Below the pieces are notes generated by a model. That model was not told where the DNA came from and made no database searches. It saw nothing but the letters and a program-made list of their open reading frames with translations. 64,000 bases of DNA from Magallana gigas (Eukaryota): positions 25,916,001 to 25,980,000 of the forward strand of contig NC_088853.1 of NCBI RefSeq assembly GCF_963853765.1, given 5' to 3'. Below, in pieces: positions 58,745 through 64,000 of the stretch; the first letter of the stretch is position 1; each line of letters begins with the position of its first letter. Made by a program: the position numbers and the translations under genes.

Positions 58745-61465
58745 TGGTGGCAGGGGATAAATTCGAAAGAAAGACCCGGTCAAAATTTTGAAATAAAGGG
58801 AGAACCTGAGGTTTTCCTGGTTATTTGAGGGGTATAAATTGCTAGAATATTTATTGCATTCATTTTGTGGATAGAGGAGCTCATGTCAATGTCATTGATA
58901 TATGACACTTTTATACTGGTAGCACTTTTCATCAGATATGGAATGGAAATGCGAAACTGTGGCCAAAGTTTTCACTTTCGGGTTGTGCTTGAAAAGTAGG
59001 GTGGACTCAGAGCACGAAATGTCACTCGAAAAGAAGGTGATTGACCCCCCATCAATTGGTGATTATTTGCATGTGTATACATTAAGCTACCAATCCTATG
59101 GTAGTTTATGGCAGTTGCTCGGGACTGGAGCGTGGTGCTGGATCCGTTAAAATGTGAAAAAGGGCAATTTTCCGGAAAATTTTGAGACCGTCCCTGGCTA
59201 TTCTATATAGTGCTATATGTAACTTGTAAATTTTTTATTCTGAAATGTTTAACAATTCTCAAGAGTTGGGACCATGTGTCCCCTGCATGCAAACCAATTT
59301 TAGAATACTTGAAAATCCACTGGAAAATTAAATCACATATATGAGCACTATCTGCCTCAAATTTCTTCGACCAAAAAAACTATCCCCTGCCACCCACTGT
59401 CATCGGTCTACGAAGAAACTCGTACAGGAAATGATTTGAATTCTTTTTATTCAATATATATATGCAAAATCTTGTCTTTTAAAAAAAGATGCACAGAAGA
59501 ACTTAGAGATTTGTTTGTTTGTATCTTATTGTTTTTTATAGACAAGTAGACAATATTCAGAAGATTAATATCTGTCATTGAAGATAAAATTGAAGTATGA
59601 ACATTTTTCCAAAAAAAAATCAAATTTTGCAAAGAAATGCGAACGCTAACGCCTGTTTCCTATTTTTTACATTTTACATCAAAATATATCGGAATTTTTG
59701 TCAGATATCCTAAAACTAAGTTTTCAACTAAAAAGTATACTCAAACCCTAATCAATTTAATTCAAAAAAAAAAAATTGTAATCAAATTATTTATTTTTTA
59801 ACAAAAATTTTGCTAACGCGGGGTCTTAAAAAATGTCATTGAAATCGGTCTCTATGAGTGAGGAAAATATTATTTAGCGGCCAATATTTGCATAAAAATT
59901 TAATAATTACATATTTACAATATATATTAAAGTAAAATTTCATTTGAATTCATATCTGTTTATTATTTTTCGAAAATTTACAAAGCAAAATCCTTTTTTT
60001 GGAATGTATTTCGGTCAGTAGACATATGCCCCCCCCCCCCCCCCCCCCGTAAAACAACAAACCCTTTGGTTTGCGCCGGTGTCTGAGGGTTAGGGGTTGA
60101 GGTACATGGCTGCGCAACTTCCTGCAATGACGTTTCTGTTTCAGCGCTAGCACTACCAAAATCTAAGTCTATCCCCTCCAAATTCTCTAAGTCTTTGTTT
60201 GTAATTACGATTTGCTGCTGTGTGCACGGCTTGAGGAAAAATGGCATCCCCTGTAAATGATCCGTGATATTTTTGAGATTCCCTTTGCCACGTCCTCTAT
60301 CTGTTTATTTAACTGTTCTATGTCCCTGCGCACTGCCTGACTTTCCGCTTCGACTGCAGAAAGTCTCTTAGATACCAAATTTAGTACCTCGACATTTTCC
60401 TTTTTGATTTGTGCGCTCCCTTCTATGTAGGTCTCCAAAACCTCCGGAAGCTGCTGTGCTTCTTCTGAAATAAGACACAATCCAGTTGTATTTTTGAGTC
60501 ATACAACACATTTATCAGAAAATAATATCGAATTTGTTTCGATGTTAGATAGATTTTTTTTCTTTAACTAATAAAAAAAATTATCAAGCATGAAACATTG
60601 ATGAAACTTGAGACTTATCCGAGTCTTGTTCGTCACTCATTGGTCTGTAATACAGCACCCCAAGCAAACTGAAATGAAAACAATATTAATATTTATTTCA
60701 AAATAATAAACCCACAAATCTCTATTCCAATCTTTTAACCAGAGCATATCATAATACTGAACAGGAAGTATCCGACCTATATATGGGTATAGTCCACTAA
60801 TGCATTTTCCATAGGCGGTAATGTTAACGTTATGGTTCATAGCTCCGGCCCTAATTTTCGTTCAGCAACGAGGGACCTCTTGAATGAAAGCTCATCAAAT
60901 TGTCTCTTTCCTGTTAAAATTTCGTGGTTTGAAGTCAGATTCGTTTTCCGGCAAAATGCGTCTGTATTGAAAAACTCTGAAAATGAAAGTAAAAGTAATG
61001 AATTTCTCAGTTTGGAAAGGGTGTACATCAAACAATTTCAATTCTTTTCTTCAAATGATAATTCAATTTTGACACTTGTTTTAAAAATTGCAAATCCTCT
61101 TTTCTGACATGTGTCAAGCATTCTGATTTAAAATGTCCCAATAAATGTATATACACTCTGCAAGTATAGGGACTATTTTGCTTAAAGGCACTTCTTTGTT
61201 GTCCTACCGATTCTAAAAATAGAGGGATATACCCATATAATGAAATGATAAAAGTGCGACAAGTAAGAATCGGTAATGGCGGAATCTTAATAAATAACTT
61301 GATTAATGGTGTGTGTTGAGGACTGAGGGTTGCGGACGATATTGGGCTAGGGAACGAGGGTTGAGTGTTAAGTTAGGGGATCCAGAATGATGGTTGCGGG
61401 CTTAGGGCATACGGTTGAGGACTGAGGAGTGTGGTTTGCGGATCGAACAGGGTTAGGGTTAGGGG

Positions 61466-61940
61466 TTATGAATTTCACAATTTTGGTAAAGGACCTCATG
61501 TACATCATAATCATGCATTTAGTTTTTAACAAATGTATATGGGAGTAGATAAGAAGATTTCCTAAGATTTAGTACATTTAACTATATGGTCCAACCCATA
61601 GCTTGAACCCATGGGTCATGAATTTCACAATTTAAGCAGAGGACTTCATGGACATCATATTTATGCAACCAGTTTCATCCTCACATATGTGGGAGTAGAG
61701 AAAAAGATTTTTTTTTTTAATTTGGCGTTTTTTGCATATTTGGCCCCACATACGGCGCCCCGGGGGTGGTAGAGCCATGCATTTCACAGTTTAGATTTCT
61801 CTTACCATTGAGATGCCTCACACCAAAACTGGTAATAATCAGCCTTTGGTTTTTAAGAAGTTAAAAATGTAAAATTGTTAACACATGACGACGGACGAAA
61901 ACGGATAGCAATAGGTCATCTGAGTTTACTCAGGTGACCG
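61466..61940 (+). mobile_element. Non-autonomous Helentron-like 3' fragment; an inverted relative lies at ~6180-6420
   Basis: Two diverged units (atgaatttcacaattt..ggac.tcatg.acatcat..atgggagtaga), (GACG)n and the hairpin ggtcatctgagtttactcaggtgacc. Confidence 0.6.
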
Positions 61941-63884
61941 CAAAATGGTGGACCTACAAATCACTTCAACGCATCATTGTATTCGAGATATCAAAGTTCA
62001 ACTGTAAGTAATATTTTATTTGATAACGTCAATGATTAATAAGACTGACCTCGAACATATATGCCTTAAGTTTGAATAATATTTTGTATATTTACCTTTT
62101 CTAGCACACTGGCCTTATGATGGAAACATACAACTGAAACCAATTTATTTTCAAAGTTTTTATATAAATCCGTCCAGTACGACATTTTTGAAATTCTTGT
62201 CACGCTGTTGAAGATCTCCAGTAATAAAATGACTGGACTCCATCAATGGATATGAAGAACCAGTTACTTAGAGAAGGGAAGCCATCTTGCCAGCTGCTGA
62301 ATATAGGACAGTGAGTGAGGTAGGTTATTGACTATGTTTCTTATCATATAGGAATTTATTTGTCCCAAATCAGAATTGAGTTATTTCATTCATCCTTCAT
62401 CAATAATATGATGTGAAATTTTGTATTGAATATTTTGTCACGTTAACACGGGAGTTTACCCGGATAGCTGTTTACCCTAGCTACATGTTTACAAATCGCA
62501 CAAAGCTACAATTTGTAGTACAAAATAATGTTTTCTGTATTTACATGTACATTTGACATATTTAGAGGCAGATAATGCAGTGTTCGAATTTTTCTCATGG
62601 TTAAATTTTTATGTTTTCATTTATTTTTGTGATTATGATGACGTCACTTTAGCTCAGAATTCTCCAAATTATAAATTTCAACTTGTGGGTATGTGTATAT
62701 AATTTATATGAAAATGACATTTCATGGTTTGAATGATAGAATAACAAAGCAAAATATTATCATGTCAGAAGCAGATTTTACTTCACTTCATGAAGAGTAC
62801 AAAAAAAGATAAATATTAAGTATTTAAAGGTCCATGAACTAAGGGTTGAAATCAGAATATTTGTATGACATCACAGGAAGTAATAATGCTGGACAAAATA
62901 AAGAGCTACAGAAACTTCAACTCAAGATGGAGGATATTCCAATTGGATTTATATTATAATCCACTTAAGTCGAAGATAAAATATTGATTGACTCTTCTGT
63001 TTCATAATGACGTGCATTCCAAAAGCAATACCAGTTTTCTCAAACAGGTTCTTGTAAACCATTCCGTTTTCTGTACACCTAAATTTATTAACTGACTGTG
63101 AGGACAAAGCAAGTGTGATGCATATGGTCCACAAGCAAGTGTGATGATGCAACTTTTTCCCCGTGAAGAAATTGAGGGAAAATGCTGTCGAGAGGGACAA
63201 TAACCGTACTACATGTATGCCCAAATAGTTAGTAAAAACCTGATATGTATTTTATCATACCAAAGTTTTATTTGTTCTCGTTACTTTGAGAAATCTACAA
63301 TATCTTTAAAGCACAATAGTCCACTCCACACTTTTCAACAGTTGTTTTTCTTTGCGGGGTCAACCTAAAGGTCAGAAGGAAAAAAAACCCAAAAATTCCC
63401 CTTCATTATACAATCAAATAATTGGGCGTACTGGGATGAAATCGCTTGGGATTGGATTTATTCATTTGATATGTGGTGGCAACCCACATATTTAATAAGT
63501 CATGTTGGGGCAATCAAAATACGTACATGTAGTACACGTTTAACCGAAAACGGAGTTTTAATGTCAACTCATATAAATACAAACATACAGATACAAACGC
63601 CTATACTACAAAAGCTACTGTGATAAATCTATAGGTTTTCCCCAAAAGATGACGATAAAGAGACACAACATTTGTAAAGTGTGGATTGTGATCACAACTA
63701 CGATTTCCACAGATCTATCCATGTAGGTAACTCACGACCAGTTGTGCGAGTAAGCGTTGGGTATTAGTACACGAATGAGATGCTGGCTGTGGATTTTCGA
63801 CAACAATAATTATCATTCATGTAATATGCCACTTTCAAACGGCGCCACCGTCTAACAGTACTTTCAGTACTTTGATTTGTTAAC

Positions 63885-64000
63885 AAGAGGTCAGTTAACC
63901 GAACAGGAAACAGCACTGTACTACAAGATTGCAAGAGTCCGCATCCATAAGAGGATCAAGAACTATGAAATTCTCCGACACACCCCTGCCACCTACAGAC
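63885..64000 (+). pseudogene. Harbinger/ISL2EU (DDE_Tnp_4) transposase fragment
   Basis: GQLTEQETALYYKIARVRIHKRIKNYEILRH resembles IAxxRIHVERxIxRIKNYxIL, with the VERAI segment deleted. Confidence 0.6.

Noticed and set aside
59978-61130. Coiled-coil ORF (60205-60480) and neighbouring minus-strand ORF fragments
   Set aside because: They look coding-like but have no diagnostic motif, so no product can be supported.
61449-61466. GGGTTAGGGTTAGGGG telomere-like motif
   Set aside because: Only 2-3 units in a degenerate G-rich patch; too short to call an interstitial telomere.

Overview
This is AT-rich eukaryotic DNA, almost certainly from an oyster (Crassostrea/Magallana-like, inferred from a Cg170-type 166-bp satellite carried inside a non-autonomous Helentron). 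The window is dense with transposable elements: a young full-length BEL/Pao LTR retrotransposon (7850-15295, minus strand, CTGGG TSD, LTRs ~99.5% identical), a second decayed BEL, a Helentron helicase-endonuclease remnant, many non-autonomous Helentron-like elements, Gypsy, pogo, Penelope, DIRS and Harbinger fragments, an intron-split Transib/RAG1-like transposase remnant, a KolobokP-like transposase plus His-Me nuclease pair, and two Crypton tyrosine recombinases. Host-like genes are a rhodopsin-class GPCR at the left edge and a damaged type-I membrane protein gene near 58 kb. The most striking signal concerns the two divergent BEL elements. Neither has a tRNA primer-binding site; each has GTAAAARGAT.. 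directly after the 5' LTR. That sequence is complementary to a junction that exists only after a GT-AG intron inside the LTR is removed, and the two families differ by compensating changes. This points to a possible splicing-dependent self-priming mode of reverse transcription, which is an inference and has not been tested.
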